In this document: in pieces, positions 55,615 through 64,000 of the stretch | Numbering within the stretch: the first letter of the stretch is position 1 | Layout of the letters: each line of letters opens with the position of its first letter | Source of the DNA: an uncultured Clostridia bacterium | Lineage (GTDB): Bacteria > Bacillota > Clostridia > Christensenellales > UBA1242 | DNA length: 64,000 nt | Assembly (NCBI GenBank): GCA_934747765.1 | Contig: CAKVGZ010000002.1 | Coordinates: 3,389 to 67,388 of the forward strand | Direction: 5' to 3' | Made by a program: the position numbers and the translations under genes | Notes under the pieces: model-generated | Seen by the model: only the letters and a program-made list of their open reading frames with translations | The model's database searches: none | What the model was told of the DNA's origin: nothing

Positions 55615-56856
55615 TTAAAACCCCATATCCCGCTCCTGTAATGAATTGCTTAAGCCAACAGTTGGTAATTTTTTTTGTGAATTAAGCAGTTTTGCGTTAA
55701 CAGTTTCAGTTGTTTCTATTTGATTAATTATATGTGCCATTGTTGTTGGCAACATTACAGTTGTAGATTGGTCTTTATCGTTATTTTTGTTTTTTTGTGC
55801 TGAACTATTGCTTGGCAAATTGTATGAAGGGAGATTTGCTATGTCAATCCATTTTTTTGGCTCAGATTTTTCTTCTTTTTTGGAGGCGCTTTTTTTTGGA
55901 GCGCCTTTCTTTTTTGATGCAGATTTTTTAGGCTTTGAACCTCCTCCACTTTCCGCAGATTTCGATTTTGTTTTTTCTTCTTTTTTTGGAGCAGGAGCAG
56001 GTTTTCTGTCCATTGATTCTAAAATTTCTTTGTGGACCTGTTTGTAATTTGTGACATAATCTTCTTTTGTTTTTGCCAAACTTTCCAAAAGTTTTTTGTC
56101 TTTTAGGTATTCCGACGTTTCGGTCAAAATTTTGTCCAAACCTTTTCTAAGCAAGATATAATAATTAGGTTGACCAATTTTACTTTCCATCTCGCCCACA
56201 AACACCTGATATTTTCTAAGCACCAATTCGGAAAATTTTCCAGGATTGTTTTTCAATGTTTTCAAAATGTTATCAATATAAGTGTTTGAAATGTAATCCA
56301 GCGAATCTGCTCTTTCTTTTTTCATAACATTCATTTCTTTCATTCTTCTAAGAATGTTGGAAAGAACTTCTTCGTCAATCACATCTCCGTCAACTTCATT
56401 TTTTTCTTTAATGGAAAAAACCTTGTTAACTTTTGTCATAAAATATTGGTCGGCATCATCAGTGTATCTTGCAACCATCGTTTTCAAAAGTTCGGTTTTC
56501 CCGTTTTCTTTATTAACTTGTTCAATTAATCTTAATGATGCGCATTTTTTCCCGTTTCCAACGGTTTCAATTATCATAGTGAATTTAAATTCATGAGATT
56601 TTACTGGACCAATCAAGATATACTTGTTTTCTTCGCTTTGCGCAACATATTTGTTGATTTTTATGAGTTCAATCAAATAATCTTTTTCAACATAATAACT
56701 GCCGTCATTGCGATATTTCCCCATCAAAAGATTATCGATGATTTCATCGTTTTGAGAGCACATATAATAATGAATATTCTCAGAACCTGATATTTCAAGT
56801 CCTGTTTCTCTATTCAAATATTTAGTTTGTTGTTCAACTTCTTTTTCTTCACTCAT
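55615..56856 (-). CDS. hypothetical protein (413 aa) with a lysine-rich histone-H1-like segment
   Basis: Intact ORF 34 nt downstream of prfA. Contains 'KPAPAPKKEEKTKSKSAESGGGSKPKKSASKKKGAPKKSASKKEEKSEPKK'. No catalytic motif recognised. Confidence 0.6.
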   Translation of the reverse strand: MSEEKEVEQQTKYLNRETGLEISGSENIHYYMCSQNDEIIDNLLMGKYRNDGSYYVEKDYLIELIKINKYVAQSEENKYILIGPVKSHEFKFTMIIETVGNGKKCASLRLIEQVNKENGKTELLKTMVARYTDDADQYFMTKVNKVFSIKEKNEVDGDVIDEEVLSNILRRMKEMNVMKKERADSLDYISNTYIDNILKTLKNNPGKFSELVLRKYQVFVGEMESKIGQPNYYILLRKGLDKILTETSEYLKDKKLLESLAKTKEDYVTNYKQVHKEILESMDRKPAPAPKKEEKTKSKSAESGGGSKPKKSASKKKGAPKKSASKKEEKSEPKKWIDIANLPSYNLPSNSSAQKNKNNDKDQSTTVMLPTTMAHIINQIETTETVNAKLLNSQKKLPTVGLSNSLQERDMGF

Positions 56857-56890
56857 AACTTCTCATCACTATAATATATTTTTATGTAAT

Positions 56891-57970
56891 TCAAGCATTG
56901 CCATTCAGCGCCAATTCAAGTTTTGCTTTTTGGTCTGCAAGAGCCAAATTTTCAATCATTTCGTCAATGTTTCCGTCAAGAAAATCATCAAGAGAATAAA
57001 TTGTGTAATTAATTCTATGGTCTGTTATTCTGCCTTGAGGATAATTATAAGTTCTTATTCTTTCGCATCTTTCAGCATTTCCAACTTGGCTTTTTCTGTT
57101 TTCACTGTATTCTTTATCACGTTGTGATTTGTAATAATCGTACAATTTCGACTTCAATATTTGAAATGCTCTTTCTCTATTCTTAATTTGAGAACGTTCA
57201 TCTTGGCATGCCACAACAATTCCCGTTGGCATGTGCGTTATTCTGATTGCCGAATCGGTTTTGTTAACGTGCTGTCCGCCGGCGCCACTACTTCTGTATG
57301 TATCAATTCTTATGTCCTTATCCAAGATTTCAAAATCCACATCTTCAACCTCTGGCAACACAGCAACAGTTGCAGTTGAAGTGTGAACTCTGCCTTGCGA
57401 TTCTGTTTCTGGAACTCTTTGAACTCTGTGAACTCCGCTTTCATATTTAAGCTTTGAATAAGCACCTTTTCCGCTTATGATAAACGAGCATTCTTTAACT
57501 CCGCCCATTTCTGTTTCGGAATAGTCTGCAATTTCAACCTTCCATTTTTTTCTTTCTGCATATCTCATATACATTTTCATAAGAACTGCTCCGAAAAGCG
57601 CCGATTCTTCACCGCCAACACCGGGTCTGATTTCGATGATGACGTTGCTGTCGTCATTTTCATCTTTTGGAAGTAAAAGAATTTTTATTTTTTCTTCAAG
57701 TTCATCAATTTTTTGCTTGCAATCTTTGACTTCTTCTTTGAAAAGGTCAATCATTTCTTCGTCAGTTTCAGCTTTCAAAGTTTCTTCTGCTTCAGAAAGT
57801 TCTTTTTGAAGTTTGACAAGTTCGTCATGAGCATTTGCCAAATCTTCAAGTGAAGCTCTTTCTTTAACAAGTTTTTTCCACTCTTTTTGATCTGCAATAA
57901 TTTCAGGTTTTGAAATTAAGTCTGTCAGTTCATCAAATCTCTTTTTGATATTTATTGTTTTTTCAATCAT
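56891..57970 (-). CDS. prfA: peptide chain release factor 1
   Basis: 'SGAGGQHVNKTDSAIRITH' (GGQ) and 'PET' in 'RVPETESQGRVHTS', the RF1-type tripeptide context. Confidence 0.96.
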   Translation of the reverse strand: MIEKTINIKKRFDELTDLISKPEIIADQKEWKKLVKERASLEDLANAHDELVKLQKELSEAEETLKAETDEEMIDLFKEEVKDCKQKIDELEEKIKILLLPKDENDDSNVIIEIRPGVGGEESALFGAVLMKMYMRYAERKKWKVEIADYSETEMGGVKECSFIISGKGAYSKLKYESGVHRVQRVPETESQGRVHTSTATVAVLPEVEDVDFEILDKDIRIDTYRSSGAGGQHVNKTDSAIRITHMPTGIVVACQDERSQIKNRERAFQILKSKLYDYYKSQRDKEYSENRKSQVGNAERCERIRTYNYPQGRITDHRINYTIYSLDDFLDGNIDEMIENLALADQKAKLELALNGNA

Positions 57971-57979
57971 AAATCTTCC

Positions 57980-59686
57980 TTATTGTTTCTTTTGAGCAAC
58001 AACAATTCTGTCGTTTCCTCCATAATCTTTCTTTATTTTAATATTTTTAAAGTTATTTTGCAAGAGTTTTTTAATGCTTTCACCTTGATTAAATCCAATC
58101 TCCAACACCAAAACACCATTTTCTTTCAGATGTGACGGTGCATCTTGTGCAATCTCTCTGTAGAAAGATAGTCCGTCATCTCCGCCATCAAGTGCCAAAA
58201 TTGGGTCGTATTTCTTGACCTCGTCATCCAAAGTCAAAACTTCACTTGAAGGAATGTATGGAGGGTTCGAAATTATCAAATCAAATTTTTCTTTCTTCAA
58301 GCCTTTAAAAACGTCCGATTCAATAAATTTTATCTTAGCATCATTGTTTTTTGCATTCTTTTTTGCAACTTCAAGTGCTTGACGTGAAATGTCGCTTGCA
58401 ACGACGGTTGCTTTTGTTTCTTTCGCAATTGTGATTGCAATTGCCCCGCTTCCAGTCATAAGGTCCAAAACTTGAGGTTTTGAAAACTTTCTAAGTTCTT
58501 TGATTGCTTCTTCAACAACAAGTTCTGTTTCTTGTCTTGGCGAAAGAACATTTTTGTCAACATAAAAATTTCTTCCGTAAAAATTTGCTTGATTGAATAT
58601 TTTTGAAATTGGCATATGTTTTTCGCGCTTTGAAAGTGCACTGCGAATTTTCTTCAGGTCAGATTCCGTCACATGGGTCAGCAACTTGATTTCACTCCTG
58701 TTTTTTCCAAGAGCGCTGGCAATAAGCCAATCTGCTTCTGCCTCGTCGTCAATTCCAACAGCCAATAATCGTGATTTAACTTCACTGTAAACAACGCTTA
58801 AAGCCACTCCGCCAAAAACTGCATCTCCAATCAATCTTTCTTCATTTTCAATCATCAACAAAACCTCGTTCATTGCCGAAAACGCAAGTTCACGTTCAGT
58901 TTGTCCTGGAATTTCACAAGTTAAAAATGCAACTGGAGTTATTATAATTTTTGAAAATAATGAATTTTTAAACTCCAAAAGTTTGAGAATTTCATAAACA
59001 ATTGAAAAACTTCCAAGAATAATTGCAATATTAATCAAAAATCTGAACAAAAAGTTTATTTCAGCAACAACAAATGATACCACAAAAATTGATAAAAAGA
59101 AACCACAAATGATATAATTCAAAAAATTTGTTGAAAGATAATATGAATCAATTCGTTTTTTCTCATAATTTGCTTTAGCCAAATTGCCAGCTCCGTTGTT
59201 TCTATAAAACTGGCGCATGGATGGAATAAATCTTAAAGAGAGCAAAATTATTGCCAAAAGACCAACTCTGACAATGCCCATGATAAAAGCCACAAGATAA
59301 AGCCCTAGCCCATTATCTCGAAGCATCGAAAAGAAAAAATATGGAATTAAAATTAATCCAACAAATCCAATCAGCGCACCCAAAAGTCCACAAATTGTTA
59401 GCATAACAACGCTCTTTTGAATTTTCAATTTCTTAGCAACTTTATCTTCAAAATCTTCTTTGCTTTTGCCTAGACTAAGTTGCGAGCGATTTAAAGAGAT
59501 AATAAAAACATAAATTCCAAATATTAATAGCGAAAGTCCACGCAAAAAAGGAATGTTCATTCCCCAAAAATCTTTTTTGTCTTTGAAAGAAACAACATCA
59601 ATTTTTCCTTTATCATTTATGGTTGCAATAACTCTATTGTTTTTATGCGATGCAACACTTCCTTTTGGAACTGGAAAGAAAATCAT
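57980..59686 (-). CDS. prmC: fusion protein: DUF1385 (YqhQ-like) membrane domain plus release-factor glutamine methyltransferase PrmC
   Basis: The N-terminal half has 'IPFLRG' and multiple TM segments (DUF1385-like). The C-terminal half has 'LDLMTGSGAIAI' and 'ISNPPYI' (NPPY). Start set at ATG 59686 because the longer ORF would overlap rpmE. Confidence 0.75.
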   Translation of the reverse strand: MIFFPVPKGSVASHKNNRVIATINDKGKIDVVSFKDKKDFWGMNIPFLRGLSLLIFGIYVFIISLNRSQLSLGKSKEDFEDKVAKKLKIQKSVVMLTICGLLGALIGFVGLILIPYFFFSMLRDNGLGLYLVAFIMGIVRVGLLAIILLSLRFIPSMRQFYRNNGAGNLAKANYEKKRIDSYYLSTNFLNYIICGFFLSIFVVSFVVAEINFLFRFLINIAIILGSFSIVYEILKLLEFKNSLFSKIIITPVAFLTCEIPGQTERELAFSAMNEVLLMIENEERLIGDAVFGGVALSVVYSEVKSRLLAVGIDDEAEADWLIASALGKNRSEIKLLTHVTESDLKKIRSALSKREKHMPISKIFNQANFYGRNFYVDKNVLSPRQETELVVEEAIKELRKFSKPQVLDLMTGSGAIAITIAKETKATVVASDISRQALEVAKKNAKNNDAKIKFIESDVFKGLKKEKFDLIISNPPYIPSSEVLTLDDEVKKYDPILALDGGDDGLSFYREIAQDAPSHLKENGVLVLEIGFNQGESIKKLLQNNFKNIKIKKDYGGNDRIVVAQKKQ

Positions 59687-59741
59687 AAAAAAAGTGTTGC
59701 CAAAAACAAAAAAAAACAAACATTTCTGTTTGTTTTTTGTG

Positions 59742-59945
59742 TTATTTCCCAAGTCTTTTGTTAAATCTTTCAACACGACCACTTGTGTCAACAATCTTTT
59801 GTTTTCCAGTGAAGAATGGGTGACATTTGTTGCAAATATCAATTTTCATTTGGTCACCATCAATTGTTGAACCAGTTTTGAAACTATTTCCACAAGCACA
59901 TGTAACTGTAACTTCATGATAATTTGGGTGCAAATTTTCTTTCAT
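59742..59945 (-). CDS. rpmE: 50S ribosomal protein L31 (zinc-binding type)
   Basis: '[20 protein letters not shown]...[10 protein letters not shown]'. Confidence 0.95.
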   Translation of the reverse strand: MKENLHPNYHEVTVTCACGNSFKTGSTIDGDQMKIDICNKCHPFFTGKQKIVDTSGRVERFNKRLGK

Positions 59946-59959
59946 TTTTCCCTCCTTGT

Positions 59960-62053
59960 TTATTCTTTTCCAACAAGTTTGAGGTCAACTCTTCCCTTGT
60001 TGTCAATTTTTATAACTTCAACTTCAACTTCATCTCCAACTTTAACAACGTCTTCAACTTTCTCAACACGTTTTGATGAAAGTTTGGAAATATGAATCAT
60101 TCCATCTTTCCCAGGAGCAATTTCAACAAAAGCGCCAAATTGCATAATTTTAACAACTTTTCCTGAGTAGATTTTACCAACTTCAAGTTCTTCAACAATT
60201 CCTAAAATGATATTTTTTGCTTTTTCAGCCATATCTGAATCAGGAGTTGCAATGAAAACTTGACCTTCATCAGTGATATCAATCTTAACACCAGTTTCTT
60301 CGATGATTTTGTTAATTGTTTTTCCACCAGAACCAATAACATCTTTGATTGTGTCTGGATTGATTGAGAATGTGATAATTTTTGGAGCATATTTTGAAAG
60401 TTCAGGTCTTGGCTTGTCAATAACTGAAAGCATTTTATCCAAGATATAAAGCCTTCCTTGGCGAGCTTGTTCAAGAGCAGTTGTCAAAATTTCTTCGTCA
60501 ATCCCTTTGATTTTTATGTCCATTTGAATTGCAGTGATTCCTTTGGTTGTTCCAGTAACTTTGAAGTCCATGTCGCCAAGGAAATCTTCAAGGCCTTGAA
60601 TGTCCGAAAGCACAGCAACTTTTTTGGATTCTTCATCTTTGATGAGTCCCATTGCAATTCCGGCCACTGGAGATTTGATTGGAACACCAGCATCCATAAG
60701 CGCAAGAGTTGAACCGCAAGTGCTTGCCATCGAAGATGATCCGTTTGACGAAAGAACTTCACTAACAAGTCTTATTGCATAAGGGAACTCTTCTTCTGAA
60801 GGAATAACAGGCTCAAGAGCTCTTTCTGCAAGAGCGCCGTGCCCAATTTCTCTTCTGCCTGGGCTTTTGAGAGGTTTTGCTTCTCCTGTTGCATATCCTG
60901 GCATGTTGTAGTGATGCATGTAACGTTTGCTGTCTTCATCGTCTAACCCTTCAAGTTTTTGCATATCAGAAATTGTTCCAAGAGTCAAAGTTGTTAGAAC
61001 TTGTGTTTGTCCACGTGTGAACACACCAGTTCCATGAACTCTTGGCAAAACACTAACATCGCACCAAATTGGACGAATTTCTGTTGTTTGTCTTCCATCA
61101 GGTCTAACACCTTTGTTAAGAATTTTTGAACGAACAGTTTCTTTTGTTATTTTGTAAATAACTGCGCCAATTTGTTTTTCTTGTTCTGGGAAGATTTCAG
61201 CAAAATGAGCATAAATCTCTTCTTCTGCTTTGTCTTGTTTTGCTTGTCTTTCTTGACGGTCGAATTCGTCAAGTGCTTTTTCAATCAAAGGTGTTGCAAA
61301 TTCTCTAACTGCCTTGTTGATTTCTTCATCAACAGTTTCATAGGCAATTTTTTCATTGAGAGGTTTCCCAATTTTTGCTTTAACATCTTTTATGAATTTA
61401 ACAATTTTTTTGATTTCTTCATGACCAAACATGATTCCATCAAGCATTTGTTTTTCAGTTACTTCTTTTGCCCCTGCTTCAACCATCAAAATTGCTTCTT
61501 CAGTTCCGCTGAGCATAAGGTGCATCAAACTCTTTTCCTTTTGTTCAAGGTCTGGGTTGATGACATATTTCCCGTCAACAAGCCCAACACAAACAGAACC
61601 GGTTGGTCCCATGAAAGGAATGTCCGAAATGCTGAGTGCAAAACTTGAACCAAGCATAGCAAGTGGTTCAGGTGCAATGTTAGGGTCAACAGACATTGCA
61701 GTTGCAACAACTGTAACATCATTGTAGAACCCTTTTGGAAAAAGTGGACGAAGAGGACGGTCGATAAGTCTTGATGTTAAAATCGCTTTGTCGCTTGCCC
61801 TTCCTTCTCTTTTCTTAAATCCGCCTGGGATTTTTCCAACAGCGTACATTTTTTCTTCAAAATCAACAGAAAGTGGGAAGAAATCGATTCCAGGTCTTGG
61901 AACAGGACTCATGTTAACGTTAACTAAAACAGCAGTTTCACCGCATCTAACCAAGCAACTTCCGCTTGATTGCTCGCAGAATTTGCCAGTTTCAAAAGTA
62001 ACTTTTCTGCCACCAATTTCAATTTCAAAGATATTTGCTTCTTTGTTTGACAT
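59960..62053 (-). CDS. pnp: polyribonucleotide nucleotidyltransferase (PNPase)
   Basis: Two RNase PH domains, a KH domain ('[11 protein letters not shown]') and an S1 domain ('[20 protein letters not shown]'). Confidence 0.97.
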   Translation of the reverse strand: MSNKEANIFEIEIGGRKVTFETGKFCEQSSGSCLVRCGETAVLVNVNMSPVPRPGIDFFPLSVDFEEKMYAVGKIPGGFKKREGRASDKAILTSRLIDRPLRPLFPKGFYNDVTVVATAMSVDPNIAPEPLAMLGSSFALSISDIPFMGPTGSVCVGLVDGKYVINPDLEQKEKSLMHLMLSGTEEAILMVEAGAKEVTEKQMLDGIMFGHEEIKKIVKFIKDVKAKIGKPLNEKIAYETVDEEINKAVREFATPLIEKALDEFDRQERQAKQDKAEEEIYAHFAEIFPEQEKQIGAVIYKITKETVRSKILNKGVRPDGRQTTEIRPIWCDVSVLPRVHGTGVFTRGQTQVLTTLTLGTISDMQKLEGLDDEDSKRYMHHYNMPGYATGEAKPLKSPGRREIGHGALAERALEPVIPSEEEFPYAIRLVSEVLSSNGSSSMASTCGSTLALMDAGVPIKSPVAGIAMGLIKDEESKKVAVLSDIQGLEDFLGDMDFKVTGTTKGITAIQMDIKIKGIDEEILTTALEQARQGRLYILDKMLSVIDKPRPELSKYAPKIITFSINPDTIKDVIGSGGKTINKIIEETGVKIDITDEGQVFIATPDSDMAEKAKNIILGIVEELEVGKIYSGKVVKIMQFGAFVEIAPGKDGMIHISKLSSKRVEKVEDVVKVGDEVEVEVIKIDNKGRVDLKLVGKE

Positions 62054-62092
62054 TTTTAATTCTCCTTATAAAAATTCTTCCCTTTATTAAGC

Positions 62093-62353
62093 CTATCTGA
62101 TTCCCAAAGATTTTTTAAGTTCACGATAAGCGTTGATGTCTTTTGCTTCTAAATATTTGAGAAGACCTTTTCTTTGGCCAACCAATTGGAGAAGCCCACG
62201 ACGTGAATGATTATCTTTGTGGTTAACTTTCAAGTGTTCTGTCAAGTGATTGATTCTTTCAGTTAAAAGAGCAATTTGAACTTGAGGAGAACCTGTGTCA
62301 CTTTCAGATAAACGATATTTTTCGATAATCTCTTTTTTAACGTTCTTTTCCAT
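62093..62353 (-). CDS. rpsO: 30S ribosomal protein S15
   Basis: '[36 protein letters not shown]'. Start at ATG 62353 with SD TAGGAGGT. Confidence 0.95.
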   Translation of the reverse strand: MEKNVKKEIIEKYRLSESDTGSPQVQIALLTERINHLTEHLKVNHKDNHSRRGLLQLVGQRKGLLKYLEAKDINAYRELKKSLGIR

Positions 62354-62436
62354 TTTTAAACCTCCTATAAAAATTCGCTTTGAACAATGCAAGTCGTAAA
62401 ATATCGGAGATTCGCGACCAACTTTGCTCAAAGTAC
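62354..62436 (-). promoter_or_regulatory. rpsO 5' leader (possible S15 autoregulatory leader)
   Basis: Promoter TTTACA (62466-62471), 17 nt spacer, TATACT (62443-62448), giving an ~83-nt leader. S15 leaders are known in Firmicutes, but I could not confirm the fold. Confidence 0.3.
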
Positions 62437-62498
62437 CACGCTAGTATATCACACAAAAAAAAAGTTGTAAAGGATTTTCACAACTTTAGTATATATAT

Positions 62499-63092
62499 TT
62501 ATCTAAATTTTTTTGAATAAATTTTTATATTCCGATTGACCTTTTCAACATAGTCTTTTGTTTCGCTGTATGGAATTTTTTTCAGCACTTTTCCGTCGCT
62601 GGAATATTCTTTTTTTGAAAGCCAGTTTTTAACAACTCCCTCGCCGGCATTATAGGCACATAGAGCAACATCCATGTCCCCAAATTTGGTCAAAAGATAC
62701 GAAAAATAGCACGTTCCAACACGAATGTTTGTTGTGGGCTCAAGCAACTCACCTTCTTTGGTTTTTTCGTCATAAAGCGAACTTTCCAGTTCAGGATTTT
62801 TGCTGATGCTGAACCCAGAAAGCCTTTGAATTGTCCAACTTGCAGTTGAAGGCAAAACTTGCATAAGTCCCACCGCACCTTTCCTTGAAACTGCCTTTTC
62901 ATTAAATTTGCTTTCCGCATTAATTATGCTTGCAATTGTTTCTGCAGGCACGCCAAACTCTTTGCTTGCCGAAATTATTTCATCTTTATATTTGAGTGGA
63001 TAAAAGATGTTGTTGTATGAAAAAATCAAAAAACCAGCAATCAAAATCGCCAAAATTATTCCAAAAAAAGAAAGTAAAATTGCTTTTTTCAC
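62499..63092 (-). CDS. membrane-anchored lytic transglycosylase (SLT domain)
   Basis: 'INAESKFNEKAVSRKGAVGLMQV' (catalytic E, then GLMQ) and 'AYNAGEG'. Confidence 0.85.
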   Translation of the reverse strand: MKKAILLSFFGIILAILIAGFLIFSYNNIFYPLKYKDEIISASKEFGVPAETIASIINAESKFNEKAVSRKGAVGLMQVLPSTASWTIQRLSGFSISKNPELESSLYDEKTKEGELLEPTTNIRVGTCYFSYLLTKFGDMDVALCAYNAGEGVVKNWLSKKEYSSDGKVLKKIPYSETKDYVEKVNRNIKIYSKKFR

Positions 63093-63203
63093 ATTCTTAT
63101 TTTATGAAATATTATCTATTTTATAATATTTAAGGTTATAATTTAGTTGACTTAAATTTTTTAGTTGTTTATAATCAACTAGCAATTTAAAAGGAAAATA
63201 GAC

Positions 63204-64000
63204 ATGGAAAAGAAAAAAGCAATCGCAAAAATAACATTAATTTCAATCTTAGTTGCTCTTTTGTTGGTTTTTTCAATCATCAGTTTCATGCCAAAAAATG
63301 CTGTTAAAGGATTTGCAGGGTTTGCAGGTTCAATAACAAAAGGCATGGATGTTGAAGGCGGGATTTATGCATCCTACACTCCATCAAAACTTGGAACAAT
63401 GACAGATGCAGAATTTGCAAAAGGCATCGATTCAACTTTTGAGAGAATCAACAGTTTGATTGAACAAAAAGGTTATGAGGATGCAAGAGTTTATCTTGGC
63501 TCAGACAACAAAATTCGAATTGAGGCACCAAACACTGATGATGCAAAAAAAATTCTTTCACTGATTGGCTCAGGCGAATTTAAAATCAAAACTTCAAGTT
63601 CAACTGATGCTGAAACAAAACTTTCTGGAAAGAATGTAACTTCTGCTTTTGCAATGCAAGACCCAACAACAGGATATTGGGGAACATACATTGGCTTTGA
63701 TGAATCAGGCGCTTCTGCTCTTTCTTCAATAACAGAACGAGCAAGTTCATCCTCCGTTAATTTGTTTTTTTATCGTGGAGATAGCACAAGCTATTTCTTC
63801 ACCCTCAAAGTTTCAAATCATATAACAAACAATTTCTTGTTCATATCTTCATCAAATGGATCAATGCAAAAAGATGACGCAATTGACCTTGCAATTCAAG
63901 TTTCAACAGGAAGTTTCGAAACAGAGTTGTCGATTAACGGCGATGTTTATGATATAAGTGCTTCAAGTGGAAGCGAGAGCCTCCTTGGAATAACAATTGC
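63204..64000 (+). CDS. secD: protein-export membrane protein SecD (or SecDF), N-terminal part; continues beyond the window
   Basis: Not in the ORF track because there is no stop before the window end. I translated it by hand. It shows an N-terminal TM segment, 'KGMDVEGG' (compare GLDL.GG) and 'IRIEAPNTDDAKKILSLIGSGEFKI' (compare V.LPGv.D...A..liG.TA.LeF). Promoter TTGACT, 17 nt spacer, TATAAT. Confidence 0.55.
   Translation, partial: MEKKKAIAKITLISILVALLLVFSIISFMPKNAVKGFAGFAGSITKGMDVEGGIYASYTPSKLGTMTDAEFAKGIDSTFERINSLIEQKGYEDARVYLGSDNKIRIEAPNTDDAKKILSLIGSGEFKIKTSSSTDAETKLSGKNVTSAFAMQDPTTGYWGTYIGFDESGASALSSITERASSSSVNLFFYRGDSTSYFFTLKVSNHITNNFLFISSSNGSMQKDDAIDLAIQVSTGSFETELSINGDVYDISASSGSESLLGITI

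Noticed and set aside
59687-59842. Longer 620-aa version of the DUF1385::PrmC ORF starting at 59842.
   Set aside because: It would overlap the well-supported rpmE gene (59742-59945) by about 100 nt in another frame. The extra N-terminal residues are low-complexity.

Overview
AT-rich chromosomal segment of a Bacillota (Firmicutes)-type bacterium using the standard genetic code; all long housekeeping ORFs are uninterrupted. Most genes are on the minus strand. The housekeeping backbone is: yajC-tgt-(unknown 218 aa)-queA-ruvB-ruvA-ruvC; nfeD-floA; ogg; rplU-prp-rpmA; rpmF; ackA; rpsL-rpsG-fusA-tuf; murG, separated by about 3.4 kb from ftsW-murD-mraY-murE; recO; truA; rplM-rpsI; comEC-holA; patatin; smpB-ssrA (tmRNA); secG-rnr; rpsO-pnp-rpmE-(DUF1385::prmC)-prfA; an SLT transglycosylase; and the start of secD. 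No CRISPR array, rRNA, canonical tRNA, transposase or integrase was seen. The clearly accessory part is about 7.84-20.68 kb, between ruvC and the nfeD-floA operon. It has a plus-strand arm: a leaderless XRE repressor, a truncated RadC-like gene, and an operon behind a consensus promoter encoding a metallophosphoesterase, a degenerate paralog of it and a zinc-ribbon protein. A NodB-type deacetylase follows. It also has a tightly packed minus-strand phage block: TerS-like, portal, scaffold, major capsid, three tail-side proteins, a coiled-coil protein, a BhlA-like holin and an LL-H-type holin. I could find no large terminase, integrase, replication genes, tail fibre or endolysin in this interval, although every ORF looks intact. 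This is my top candidate for something unusual: a satellite-like or domesticated capsid element, or an unusually well-preserved remnant. Secondary observations are an orphan promoter-terminator pair (candidate ~75 nt C-rich sRNA), a ~165 nt terminator/antiterminator-type leader upstream of rpsL, several apparently leaderless mRNAs, XRE operator palindromes, a DUF1385::PrmC fusion, and unknown genes embedded in the queA-tgt and prfA operons. All functional calls come from reading motifs by eye; no database search was possible.
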